This document shows, piece after piece, positions 9,897 to 19,776 of a stretch of 64,000 nucleotides of DNA. Made by a program: the position numbers and the translations under genes. The notes under the pieces are model-generated. The model was given only the letters and a program-made list of their open reading frames with translations, did no database searches and had not been told where the DNA came from. Each line of letters starts with the position of its first letter. The first letter of the stretch is position 1. Location of the stretch: NCBI GenBank assembly GCA_043825875.1, contig JBDRRF010000076.1:128001-192000 (forward strand), read 5' to 3'. Origin of the DNA: Pseudomonadota bacterium (GTDB taxonomy: Bacteria > Desulfobacterota > Desulfobacteria > Desulfobacterales > RPRI01).

Positions 9897-10649
9897 TTGA
9901 AGAAATATTTTATAGGATTGGCATCCGTATTATTAATGTTTTGTATAGTGGGGATAGCACAGGCAGATACAATTAATTTAACAGGAACAATACGTGATTT
10001 CAATTCCAGTCATCAACACTTTGAATCAAGTATTGATAATCTTGTTACGGGTTTGGTTGAAAACACCTTAGGAGCTGATAAAAATCCTGTGCGTACTACA
10101 AAGACTACAAGCTCAATGCCCGGTGATTTATCTCTATTTAACCAATGGTACAATGATGTTGCAGGGGTTAACATGGCCGACAGTCTTACCATAACCCTTG
10201 ACAATGGCGGCTCCGGCGATGTTTATTCATACAGCAATAATTCATTCTTCCCTATCGATAACCAGTTGCTTGGAAATGAAGGAAGATCTCACAACTACCA
10301 TTTTACATACGAACTTCATTCCAGCTTTACCTACCAGGGGGGCGAAATTTTCTCTTTCACAGGAGATGATGATTTATGGGTTTTTATTAATGATGAGCTT
10401 GCTGTTGACTTGGGTGGAATCCATGGTGCAGTAAGTGGAAGTGTGGCTTTGAACACATTAGGGCTAATATTAGGTAATGATTATGATTTTGATCTGTTTT
10501 TTGCTGAACGTCATACAACCCAATCAAATTTTAGCATTGAGACATCAATTCTGCTTAAAGAAACCACCGTCCCCGAACCCGCCACCATGCTGCTCTTAGG
10601 CCTTGGGATAGTTGGTTTGGCAGGGGTCAGGAGAAAGATTAAGAAGTAA
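9897..10649 (+). CDS. Fibro-slime/PA14-domain PEP-CTERM surface protein
   Basis: TTG start after AGGAGG; signal peptide; FTGDDDLWVFIN...DLGGIH...FFAERHT; VPEPATMLLLGLG...RRKIKK. Confidence 0.92.
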   Translation: MKKYFIGLASVLLMFCIVGIAQADTINLTGTIRDFNSSHQHFESSIDNLVTGLVENTLGADKNPVRTTKTTSSMPGDLSLFNQWYNDVAGVNMADSLTITLDNGGSGDVYSYSNNSFFPIDNQLLGNEGRSHNYHFTYELHSSFTYQGGEIFSFTGDDDLWVFINDELAVDLGGIHGAVSGSVALNTLGLILGNDYDFDLFFAERHTTQSNFSIETSILLKETTVPEPATMLLLGLGIVGLAGVRRKIKK

Positions 10650-10678
10650 CAAAAATATAATTCTATTTAGTTCCACAG

Positions 10679-10713
10679 AAAGGCAGGGCCAGAAATGGTC
10701 CTGCCTTTTTTAT
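10679..10713 (+). terminator. Rho-independent terminator
   Basis: AAAGGCAGGGCC-loop-GGTCCTGCCTTTTTT. Confidence 0.85.
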
Positions 10714-10943
10714 TGTATGTTTCAAACAGCATTCGTTACCTTTCGAAATTATTTATATTAACGTTTTGTAGGTGAAGCCGCCACATCTTCACAATCCCCC
10801 ATTTCCGCTATATTCAAACCGAAATTACAGATATAAACGCCGATCCGGATTTATTCAGACTCTCTGCTTTCCCGATGCAACACGGTTTCCGATTAAATAT
10901 CTTCTCTGCAATGATTTATGTTATCATGCCTGCAACATAAAAC

Positions 10944-11208
10944 ATCGGCCAGTAAAATTAAAAAGTAACAAATATGTTTATTTATTTGGTGAAATGCGGT
11001 ACAAAAATATCGGCCAATATATCGGCCAAAATCCTGGATGTTTTTCTGTTTATTTAACTGCAATAATTCGTTTTGACTTATTATTTTATTTTACTAGATC
11101 GGCCAATATACCGGCCAAACTTTCAATATAACCAATAATTCATATTTAAAAGAGTACTCACAATCAGTTAAAGCATAAGGATTTAATATCGGCCAAATTA
11201 CCGGTATA
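10944..11208 (+). repeat. Periodic A(T/C)CGGCCAA tandem pairs upstream of fic
   Basis: Units at 11009/11021, 11098/11110 and 11188/11200 (last degenerate); single unit at 10944. Confidence 0.8.
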
Positions 11209-11224
11209 TGCCTGGAGGGTAAAC

Positions 11225-12439
11225 ATGGAAGATGGTTTTTATACAAAAGTTTCGGAAATGGAACCAATGATGCCTATTGATCCTACGGGAGAACTCGACG
11301 ATTTGGCGATTGAGGTGATTCGTAAATCAGCCTGCATTAGTACCGCTGTTCATCCGGTTACCCGAAGAGGAGTAGTGGAATTAGTAAGAAAAATGAACAG
11401 CTACTATTCCAATTTAATAGAAGGGCACAACACTCATCCTGTAGACATTGATCGAGCTATGCGAGAAGACTTTTCCAGTGATCCTGCAAAAAGAGCAAGG
11501 CAATTGGAAAGTAAAGCACATATAGAAGTTCAGAAATATATCGAGACCCACATCGAAAATGCTCCGGAAACAGTCATTACGAGCAAGAGTTTTTTGTGCC
11601 TGATACACCAAGAATTTTATAAGCGTATGCCTGAAGAGTACCTTGTCGTACAACGTGCGGATGGAAAAGCTGAAAAGGTGATCCCTGGCAAAACAAGGGA
11701 ATTAGATGTTGAGGTTGGGAGGCATTTGCCACCTAAATCAGAATATATAAGCGCTTTTATGAAAAGATTCGAAGAAGTCTATAACCCTCAAAAACTGAAT
11801 GGTTTAAGTCAGGTTATTGCGGCGGCGGCATCTCATCACCGCCTGTCATGGATTCATCCTTTTATAGATGGCAATGGGAGAGTTACACGCCTTATGACTC
11901 ATGCCTACCTGAAAAAGGCAAAAATAGATGGCCACGGCTTGTGGACTGTATCCCGGGGTTTTGCAAGAAATCGGGAAGATTACCTTGCTTCCTTAGCAGG
12001 AGCAGACCAACCTCGCAGAGGAGACCTGGATGGCCGAGGAAATTTGACACAAGCCGGACTGTTGGAGTTTTGTAAATTCTTTCTTAAAATTGCTATTGAC
12101 CAAATTGACTTTATGTCGGCCCTTTTGGAATTAGATGGAATGCAGAAACGAATACAAGCAGCGGTTGATCGTCAAGTTTCTTTTGGTGAACTGAAACCTG
12201 AATCGGGGCATTTACTAAGAGATGTATTTTTACGCGGTGAAATCCCTCGCGGAGAAATCCCGAATATCATCGGAATGCCTGAACGTTCAGCACGTAGGGT
12301 CGTCAGTAGTTTACTGGTAAAAGGATATTTAGTTTCCAATTCGGAAAAAGGGCCTGTAATGCTCGGTTTTCCAGCATCCATAGTGGGGTATTATTTCCCT
12401 CACCTTTATCCTGAAGGAGTTGAATCCAATCTTGATTAG
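11225..12439 (+). CDS. Fic-family AMPylase (class II-like) with C-terminal HTH
   Basis: HPFIDGNGRVTR catalytic motif; SNLIEG inhibitory motif; C-terminal HTH-like segment. Confidence 0.92.
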   Translation: MEDGFYTKVSEMEPMMPIDPTGELDDLAIEVIRKSACISTAVHPVTRRGVVELVRKMNSYYSNLIEGHNTHPVDIDRAMREDFSSDPAKRARQLESKAHIEVQKYIETHIENAPETVITSKSFLCLIHQEFYKRMPEEYLVVQRADGKAEKVIPGKTRELDVEVGRHLPPKSEYISAFMKRFEEVYNPQKLNGLSQVIAAAASHHRLSWIHPFIDGNGRVTRLMTHAYLKKAKIDGHGLWTVSRGFARNREDYLASLAGADQPRRGDLDGRGNLTQAGLLEFCKFFLKIAIDQIDFMSALLELDGMQKRIQAAVDRQVSFGELKPESGHLLRDVFLRGEIPRGEIPNIIGMPERSARRVVSSLLVKGYLVSNSEKGPVMLGFPASIVGYYFPHLYPEGVESNLD

Positions 12440-12454
12440 CCCATGTACTACTTC

Positions 12455-13516
12455 TTATTTACTGCAAATCCGGCATCCAAGTAGGCATTGCGGGCACAAC
12501 AAGTGCAGCGAATCGCAAAACCCGACATTATATGTGCTTGTCCCGCATCCTTCACAAACTAACGGATCAATCGATTTGGTTGAAGGGTTATAGATCATGG
12601 CAAGTTTTTTTATTTTCCGGCCGATGGCTGCATTGTAGCTAATCTTAATGGATGGAGAATTAATGATCATGGCTCCGCATAATACAAGCCGTATCTTGAT
12701 GCTGTATTTTTTAAAAAGGTCATCTTTTTTTTTCTCAAGCTCAAGAGGAATTAATAGTATCTTTTCCCGTCGATCCGATTTTAACTGATCTGAAATACCC
12801 GGCCTTTTCAAGCTGTTTTCCATTTCCTGCTTTAGCCCGGTATAGTATTCATCTAAATTATCAACATCCCGTTTAAACCGTCTGTTCATGTTGCTCTGAA
12901 ATATTTTAATTTCATCGGCAAGAACAATAGGAACATTATTTTCGACCGCCTGAATCAACCTTTCAATTACGGTTTTTTCAATAACACTTTTCCTGTCCCC
13001 TGATTCATATTTTTTTTCGGTATAATAAAGAGCGTCTTCTATTCCTGCAACACAAGCTCCGGTTTCAAGATTAAAGCACAAAGACACCATGCCTTCTTTC
13101 TGTTCATCGCTTTGAGCTATATACCGACATGGAAGCACAATATAACGGGTTAATGTTTCAGCATGGTTTTCAACCGTACCTGAAGCGCCGTTAAACGAAA
13201 ATATATCCGTTATCAACTTGTCAAATCCCTGGCTTTTTATGTAATTAAAATGCAGTGAGCATTCCACCACCGGTATGGTATCACAAACATGGTTTAATAT
13301 TTTATCAAGAAACGCTGAGCCGTATGCAACGGAAAATTCTCCCTGGGCATCTTCTCCGGTTTGAACTTTAAAATGATCGGGAGTATTTAGTTGCTCCGCC
13401 AATGCTTCAGGAATAAGTACTTCCATCTGATTTGCATGACTTTCCGTTGCTACACCATAAATCCGAAAAAATTTATTTGCAAAATCTGTGAGCGTTTGGT
13501 CAGAGTTAGAGTTCAT
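12455..13516 (-). CDS. YqhG-like protein with C-terminal Cys cluster
   Basis: Coupled to an SNF2 gene; coiled coil LDEYYTGLKQE; CEGC...CDSLHLLCPQC...CRIC. Confidence 0.65.
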   Translation of the reverse strand: MNSNSDQTLTDFANKFFRIYGVATESHANQMEVLIPEALAEQLNTPDHFKVQTGEDAQGEFSVAYGSAFLDKILNHVCDTIPVVECSLHFNYIKSQGFDKLITDIFSFNGASGTVENHAETLTRYIVLPCRYIAQSDEQKEGMVSLCFNLETGACVAGIEDALYYTEKKYESGDRKSVIEKTVIERLIQAVENNVPIVLADEIKIFQSNMNRRFKRDVDNLDEYYTGLKQEMENSLKRPGISDQLKSDRREKILLIPLELEKKKDDLFKKYSIKIRLVLCGAMIINSPSIKISYNAAIGRKIKKLAMIYNPSTKSIDPLVCEGCGTSTYNVGFCDSLHLLCPQCLLGCRICSK

Positions 13517-15842
13517 AATTTTCTCCAAAAAGATTCTTGTCTAGTTCTCTGGTTTTTTCATGTTGTGTTTTTAAACGCTTCAAATGCGAACCAAGACCGG
13601 CAAATTCTTTTTCCCGTTCAGCCTGAGATGGTGCATTAACCCAGATATTATATACAATATCCTCGAATTCGGATTCTCCGTGGATACGGCCGATTATCAT
13701 ATCAATTTCACCAATAACCATTTCGAACATATTAATTTTACGGTCAAGGATCTCAAGTATATGATCCTCAATACTCCCGGCATTACACAGATTATAAATC
13801 ATCACCTGTTTGTCCTGACCTATTCTGTGAATTCTTCCTATACGTTGCTCGATTTTCATAGGATTCCACGGCAAATCGTAATTAACCATCTGACAACAAA
13901 ATTGGAGATTTCGGCCTTCTCCGCCAATCTCGGTAGTAATCAGAACATCCTTTTGTTCACGAAAAATACGGATTTGTTCATCTTTTGTAACATTGTCCAT
14001 ACTGCCGTGAAAAAGGACATGCGGAATATCGTACCAGGTTAAAAATTCGGAAATCTGCTCAAGTGAACCAATATATTTTACAAAAACTATGATTTTACCT
14101 TTTTGTTTCTGTATCAGCTTAAGAAGTGTTTTGTTTTTTCCCGTTTCTCCCATAATTGTGCGGCACAGATTGACTATTCTTCTTATTTCATCCTGATTCT
14201 CATCCGGCAGGTCTTTTTTGGCAAGAATCCGGTTCAGAGTGATTTCCAGTGCCCGCGGCGATGATCCTGCTTCAGCAAGCAGATTTTTCAGTAAAAGCCT
14301 GGCTCCGGCACCTTTTGTCCGGTTGATGGCATCAACCAGACAAACTACGCGTTCATACAACTCGTTTTCACTTTGCCCCGGTTCAACACGAATTGTTTGT
14401 GCAAATCTGGGTGGAATATCAATCTTAGCCAAAGCCCTGGTATTGCGGATCATCACCTGACCGAGAAGTTCTCTTAACTGCCTTTTGTTTTGAGGGCTGG
14501 CCGGATCACCTTTTGTCATGAATTCTTTTCGAAATTCCGTTTGTGTCTTTAACTGGCCGGGTTTTAACAAAGTAATCAGGTTGTATAACTCCATAAGGTT
14601 ATTTTCAACCGGAGTCGCTGTTAAAAGCAGCAAGAACCTTTTTTTAAGGGCATTGACCAGTTTCCAGTTAAGCGTGCTGCGGTTCTTTAAGTGATGCGCT
14701 TCATCAACAATTACAATATCATATTCTTTTTCCGTCACATGTTTGAAATTTTTTGGTGATTTGGTATGGTTGATGGACGCCAGAATAAACGGCCTATCCC
14801 AAAAATCATCACTGTTCTTAAATTCGGGGTCATCAGTAGACGTAACATCTATCCCGAATTTCACTTTCAGTTCTTCCCGCCACTGGCTGACAAGAGGTGT
14901 AGGGGTCAGGATCAATGCGTTTTTTACCATTCCCCGCTGCATATACTCCTTAAGCACAATTCCGGCTTCTATTGTTTTACCAAGACCTACCTCATCAGAC
15001 AAAAGCGCACGTCCTCTGAAGGTCTTTAAAACTTTTCTGGCTGTTTCCTCCTGATACCAAAATGATTTTATATTTTTTAAGGAAGAAAGGCAGATTAAAT
15101 TTTCAAAAGAATCCATAAAATGGAGCCGGTGTGCTTCCAGGATCAAATTGTAAAGATCAACAGCAGCCGTAGTCCGGTTTTCTGCAAGACTTTTTGTGAA
15201 AGATAAAGTGTCAATCGAAAATGTCGCCGGAATATCCGGCAAGTCCTGTTTTTGGGGTTTTGCAGGTTTTGCCGGAGGGTTCCTGTTGGAGTCAGCAGCC
15301 GGTTCGGGTTTTTCCCGCTTTATTATTGGCTTCTTTTCGATTTGAATCTGTTTAGACTTGTTTTTATGTTCAAGCATGAACAGGCAGTATTGCCTGGAAT
15401 CGGCTATTCGGGATTTAATCTTATTTTTTTTCTGAATATTCATTTCCGGCAAACGGACAAGAAGTACTTCCAGAATATTTATGGCATCCTCAAACCGTTT
15501 TTCTTTAACAAGGGTATCGGCATAAAGCGGCAGGAATTCATTCTCCAGTTTGTTCATGCGGTACAATTTATCCAATCCGATCAGCAAAACATCATTTCTT
15601 CCCATTTCACGCCCGATATAGATAATTTCATTTAAACAATCCTCATCAGCCGGGTTTAGCTTAATTGCTTTTTGCAGATATATTAAAGCCTTTTCATAAT
15701 TTTCGGACTCAATCTGCCACATGGCTTCATCATAATAGAATTCCGATTTCAGGCTTTTATTTTCCGCATGCTGCGCTTTACGCTTGTTTAGCTTTTTAGC
15801 CTTTTCCCTTGCTTTTCGTTTTTCTTCCTTTGTTTTCGCCAT
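13506..15842 (-). CDS. SNF2-family helicase (YqhH-like) with N-terminal TPR
   Basis: LSDEVGLGKT, DEAH, LTATP, GGEGRNLQ, QRIGRIHR motifs. Confidence 0.92.
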   Translation of the reverse strand: MAKTKEEKRKAREKAKKLNKRKAQHAENKSLKSEFYYDEAMWQIESENYEKALIYLQKAIKLNPADEDCLNEIIYIGREMGRNDVLLIGLDKLYRMNKLENEFLPLYADTLVKEKRFEDAINILEVLLVRLPEMNIQKKNKIKSRIADSRQYCLFMLEHKNKSKQIQIEKKPIIKREKPEPAADSNRNPPAKPAKPQKQDLPDIPATFSIDTLSFTKSLAENRTTAAVDLYNLILEAHRLHFMDSFENLICLSSLKNIKSFWYQEETARKVLKTFRGRALLSDEVGLGKTIEAGIVLKEYMQRGMVKNALILTPTPLVSQWREELKVKFGIDVTSTDDPEFKNSDDFWDRPFILASINHTKSPKNFKHVTEKEYDIVIVDEAHHLKNRSTLNWKLVNALKKRFLLLLTATPVENNLMELYNLITLLKPGQLKTQTEFRKEFMTKGDPASPQNKRQLRELLGQVMIRNTRALAKIDIPPRFAQTIRVEPGQSENELYERVVCLVDAINRTKGAGARLLLKNLLAEAGSSPRALEITLNRILAKKDLPDENQDEIRRIVNLCRTIMGETGKNKTLLKLIQKQKGKIIVFVKYIGSLEQISEFLTWYDIPHVLFHGSMDNVTKDEQIRIFREQKDVLITTEIGGEGRNLQFCCQMVNYDLPWNPMKIEQRIGRIHRIGQDKQVMIYNLCNAGSIEDHILEILDRKINMFEMVIGEIDMIIGRIHGESEFEDIVYNIWVNAPSQAEREKEFAGLGSHLKRLKTQHEKTRELDKNLFGENYEL

Positions 15843-15989
15843 ATTATAACACTCAAACCGATTTGTTGGTAAAATCTCCTTATTTAATAAGTCCTGTATG
15901 AATTATTGAAAGGTTGATATTAGAATAAATATATATATAATTTCAATGCAAAACTATATATAAAACCGGAGAAAATATATCATACAAAG

Positions 15990-16131
15990 GAGCCACTTTC
16001 AAAACGTTTCAGTTTGGTCAAGCTCAAGGCGGGAGAAAATTTAAACCACAGGAATACATTGAGTATTTCGAGGATTGAAATTTGAGCCCAACGCAGAGAT
16101 CAGCCAAAATGGGGCGTTTTGAAACTGGCTC
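15990..16131. mobile_element. MITE, 142 bp
   Basis: 17-bp terminal inverted repeats GAGCCACTTTCAAAACG / CGTTTTGAAACTGGCTC (16/17); AAAG duplicated at 15986-15989 and 16132-16135. Confidence 0.8.
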
Positions 16132-16144
16132 AAAGGAGCTTTTT

Positions 16145-17329
16145 ATGGATAGCATCTTTTCTGATCGAATTACTGATGTCCCGCGTTCATTTATCCGCGA
16201 AATACTCAAGGTTGCTCTCGATCCATTGGTAATTTCTTTTGCAGGCGGTCTTCCAAACAGAGAACTTTTTCCTGTTTATGAGATAAGAGAAGCTACAAAC
16301 AAAGTATTTGGCATACATGGAAGAGATATTTTCCAGTACAGCAATTCGGAAGGTTATCAGCAATTAAGAGAATACATAGCAGATCGCTATTACCAAAAAA
16401 GAAACCTTAACGTATCAATTGAAAACATACTGATCACAAGCGGATCTCAGCAGGGTTTGGATCTTTTAGGTAAGATTTTTCTCAATGATGGTGATGGCAT
16501 AATAATAGAGGAACCAGGGTATCTGGGTGCCATTCAGGCATTCTCGATATATAGACCGAAGTTTTTGCCGGTTCCGGTTTCCGATGAAGGAATGGATACT
16601 AAGCGGCTACAGGCAATTATCGCTTCTGAAAAACCGAAATTGATGTACACAGTACCCAACTTTCAGAATCCATCAGGCATTTGCTATTCACAAAAAAACA
16701 GAGTTGAGGTTTCGGAAATACTACAGGAAAGCAGTACAATTTTAATTGAAGATGATGCCTATGGCGAGCTGAGATTCACCGGAGAAAACAAGCAGTACTT
16801 TAAAGAATTACTGCCTGACAATACAGTGCTGTTGGGATCATTTTCAAAAACGGTCGTTCCCGGATTCCGGTTAGGATGGATTGTAGCTCCAAAACACATA
16901 ATGGACAAACTTATTATCGCAAAACAGGCATCAGATCTTCATACAAGCCATTTTCTACAAAGTATTATATATCATTATCTGAAGGACAATGATTTTGATA
17001 AACATATAGATAAAATCAGATACGCCTATGGGAAGCAATGCGCGTCTATGTTAAACAGCATACAGGAATTTTTTCCGGCCGACGTAACGTTTACCAGACC
17101 GGAAGGCGGAATGTTTGTATGGGCCGAACTACCACAAGGAACAACATCGCTTGAATTATTTGATGTTGCGGTAAAAGACAATGTCATATTTGTGCCAGGC
17201 GATCCTTTTTATGTGAATAAAACAAAGACACGCACTCTGCGGCTTAATTTCTCATGTGTCGATGAAGCAACTATTCGGATTGGGATCAGGAAACTGGGAA
17301 ATACAATTAAAAAGCTTATAACAAGATAA
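16145..17329 (+). CDS. PLP-dependent aminotransferase class I/II (LysN/Aro8-like)
   Basis: ISFAGGLPN, PNFQNPSG, EDDAYGEL, GSFSKTVVPGFRLGW; ATG 16145 follows AGGAG. Confidence 0.92.
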   Translation: MDSIFSDRITDVPRSFIREILKVALDPLVISFAGGLPNRELFPVYEIREATNKVFGIHGRDIFQYSNSEGYQQLREYIADRYYQKRNLNVSIENILITSGSQQGLDLLGKIFLNDGDGIIIEEPGYLGAIQAFSIYRPKFLPVPVSDEGMDTKRLQAIIASEKPKLMYTVPNFQNPSGICYSQKNRVEVSEILQESSTILIEDDAYGELRFTGENKQYFKELLPDNTVLLGSFSKTVVPGFRLGWIVAPKHIMDKLIIAKQASDLHTSHFLQSIIYHYLKDNDFDKHIDKIRYAYGKQCASMLNSIQEFFPADVTFTRPEGGMFVWAELPQGTTSLELFDVAVKDNVIFVPGDPFYVNKTKTRTLRLNFSCVDEATIRIGIRKLGNTIKKLITR

Positions 17330-17472
17330 AATCGATATTTTTAATGAAACGAATAGATTTTTATCACAAAAATGGCAATAAACTACCAATAAGGCAACAT
17401 CGGAATTATCCAATATTATAAGAATATTGTTCAATATATTGTCAGGCTTTATCCTTTCGGAGAAAAACAATA

Positions 17473-18093
17473 ATGAAGAACAAAGCAATCATTATCAACG
17501 GGGCCTTACGAATCAAAGGAAACACAGATTCCCTTGTAAACTGGATTATTGAAGGTGCTGCTGAATCAGACGTTGAAATTGATCTTATGACTCTCAGAGA
17601 ACTATCTATCGGTAACTGCACAGGTTGTTATAATTGTATGTCCAAATCCACTTGCTCTATTGAAGACGATATGACAGGAATTCGCACTTCTATGCTGAGT
17701 GCTCAATTATTGATATTTGCTTCACCCTTGTATTGGTGAGGAGTTACAGGTTTAATGAAAACGTTTTTAGACCGGCTATTCTTTTATTACCATCCGAAGA
17801 CAAAGCCCCGGATTTCCGGTAAGAAGGCCATCATTGTAACCCCCATGAACCAGCAAAATGTGTTTTATGAGTCTGAAATACTGGTCAGTTTCTATACACG
17901 ACTGCTCAACTGTCTTGGCATAAATAAAATAGATATGTTCTTTTTCGGTGATATTATGACCAAAAAGAACATTTTACAAAAGCCCAAATATCTCAAAGAA
18001 GCTTATGCTATCGGAAAAAACATTTTAAGTACAATTAGTAATGGTAATACCGAATTTCAAAAAACAAGCATCCAAATTATCAAAGGAGCTTAA
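17473..18093 (+). CDS. Iron-sulfur flavoprotein/flavodoxin family with one in-frame TGA at 17737-17739 (candidate selenoprotein or pseudogene)
   Basis: CTGCYNCMSKSTC; SPLYW*GVTGLMKTFLDR continues in the same frame. Confidence 0.75.
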
Positions 18094-18153
18094 CAAGGAC
18101 TTTCAATCAGTTTCATACTCCCTGTATAAACCCATTTATAACACTATTTCCTA

Positions 18154-18492
18154 TTACAAAACAATTGCCATATCCCCCAGCAGAACATCCGGAGGCACTG
18201 ATTCACCACGGGCATTTACCTGCTCGAAGTAATCATGGAATCCGGTCTTGATTACTTCCTGTTCGAAAAACACTGCTTTTTCCTTATCTGGCATTTGCCA
18301 TACGGCAATATATTTGAAATCGGCTTTATATTCCGTGTCTTCGTCGTTTATGGCAAAACTCAGTAATTTTACACCGGATTCAGTCAACATTCCAATTACA
18401 GGAAAAAGGCTGTCTATGAAAGATTTGCGCTCGTTATCCGAAAGTCCGATCCATGCCGGTTTTGGCTTCCATAATTCCACATAAATATGCAT
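18154..18492 (-). CDS. Conserved hypothetical protein (DUF6616-like)
   Basis: RBS ggag; YVELWKPKPAW...YFEQVNARG. Confidence 0.65.
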   Translation of the reverse strand: MHIYVELWKPKPAWIGLSDNERKSFIDSLFPVIGMLTESGVKLLSFAINDEDTEYKADFKYIAVWQMPDKEKAVFFEQEVIKTGFHDYFEQVNARGESVPPDVLLGDMAIVL

Positions 18493-18538
18493 TTGTGTCG
18501 CTCCTTATTTAAAATTGGTTCTATGGGCAAATAATATA

Positions 18539-19453
18539 TCATTTATTTGATAGAAGTTGATACACTACCTCATGGCATGGAACGCTAAGTCCATACTCTT
18601 TGGCACAATTTATTATGTATCCTGTGAATATATCAAGCTCCGTTTTTTTCTTTCTTTCAAAATCCATTTGCAGTGAAGATTTGGTTTCATATGGAAACAA
18701 GGATACCTTATCAACAGACTTTTTACAAATATCATCAGGAAGAATTATATTCTGATATTTTGAAATGCTTTCGACTTCTTTTAATAAACCCAACAAGAGG
18801 CTTTTACTTTCGGTATTCTCCATAATTTCGCCGAATGTTTTTTTGCAATAAGAAGTTGCGCTTGCAAGAGGAGAAACAAACATATATTTTTCCCATATAA
18901 CATTTTTTATGTCTTTGCGGTATTCGGCCTTTATGCCTGCATCTTTTAGCAGTTGTTCAATTTTTAAATATTCTTTACTTGTACTTTCACTTCCAAAATA
19001 GAATTTACATGATCCGCCCGATTGACGAACAACACCGGCATTTTCAATTGATGCACCGATATATACGCAACCGTCTAATATCCGAATATCAGGAAGCACA
19101 GCCTTTAAACGTTCTGCATTATCCACTCCATTTAATAAAGTAATTGCCACCGTGTTTTTATTCACACAATTTTTAAATAATTTTGCACTTTCTTCAAGAT
19201 CATAGCTTTTCACACAAAAAATTATTAAATCAAACAAACCGCAACTTTCCGGATCACTGCTTGCTTTGTAAGGTCTTGCAACAAAAGCACCCTCATCTGC
19301 AATTACTTTTAAGCCGTTTTTAATTATTTCTTCCAGATGTTTTCCGCGGGCTATAAATACTGTTTTTATATCGTTTCTGTTTTCAGAATATCTTGCCAGT
19401 TTCCCGCCAAAATATCCGCCCACACCACCGATTCCCATTATTGCGATTTTCAT
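18539..19453 (-). CDS. panE: 2-dehydropantoate 2-reductase
   Basis: GIGGVGGYFG, CVKSYD, LLNGVD, WEK, SSLQMD. Confidence 0.88.
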   Translation of the reverse strand: MKIAIMGIGGVGGYFGGKLARYSENRNDIKTVFIARGKHLEEIIKNGLKVIADEGAFVARPYKASSDPESCGLFDLIIFCVKSYDLEESAKLFKNCVNKNTVAITLLNGVDNAERLKAVLPDIRILDGCVYIGASIENAGVVRQSGGSCKFYFGSESTSKEYLKIEQLLKDAGIKAEYRKDIKNVIWEKYMFVSPLASATSYCKKTFGEIMENTESKSLLLGLLKEVESISKYQNIILPDDICKKSVDKVSLFPYETKSSLQMDFERKKKTELDIFTGYIINCAKEYGLSVPCHEVVYQLLSNK

Positions 19454-19459
19454 TTTAAT

Positions 19460-19753
19460 TCATGTAACCTCTGTAAAGAGATTTACCGACACTGAATCAA
19501 TAAACTCACCTGCTGTTTCCTTAAAACTCAGCAAATAAGGTTGCTGGCTGTGAAAGTCAAAAGATTTTCTATCAGCAAATTTTTCTATCATTGTAAACAA
19601 GTTTGGATTTTCAAGCCCTTCGTAAAGAACATAACTTATGCAGCCGTCTTCATTTCTGGTCGGTTCAATCAGGGCACTTAATGCATTTTTTAATTTTTCT
19701 GTACAACCTTCTTTAGCAGTAAATGTTGCAACGCAGGTAATATTTTCTTTCAT
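19460..19753 (-). CDS. ABM-family (putative quinol) monooxygenase
   Basis: LIEPTRNEDGCISY...H motif; ATG 19753 follows a purine-rich RBS. Confidence 0.85.
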   Translation of the reverse strand: MKENITCVATFTAKEGCTEKLKNALSALIEPTRNEDGCISYVLYEGLENPNLFTMIEKFADRKSFDFHSQQPYLLSFKETAGEFIDSVSVNLFTEVT

Positions 19754-19776
19754 TTCCTTACCTTCCTTTTTATTTT

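Noticed and set aside
10944..11208. CRISPR array
   Set aside because: Repeat units are only 9 bp and no cas genes are present; no CRISPR array seen anywhere in the window
16082..16144. N-terminal extension of the aminotransferase
   Set aside because: Derived from MITE sequence; the RBS supports ATG 16145
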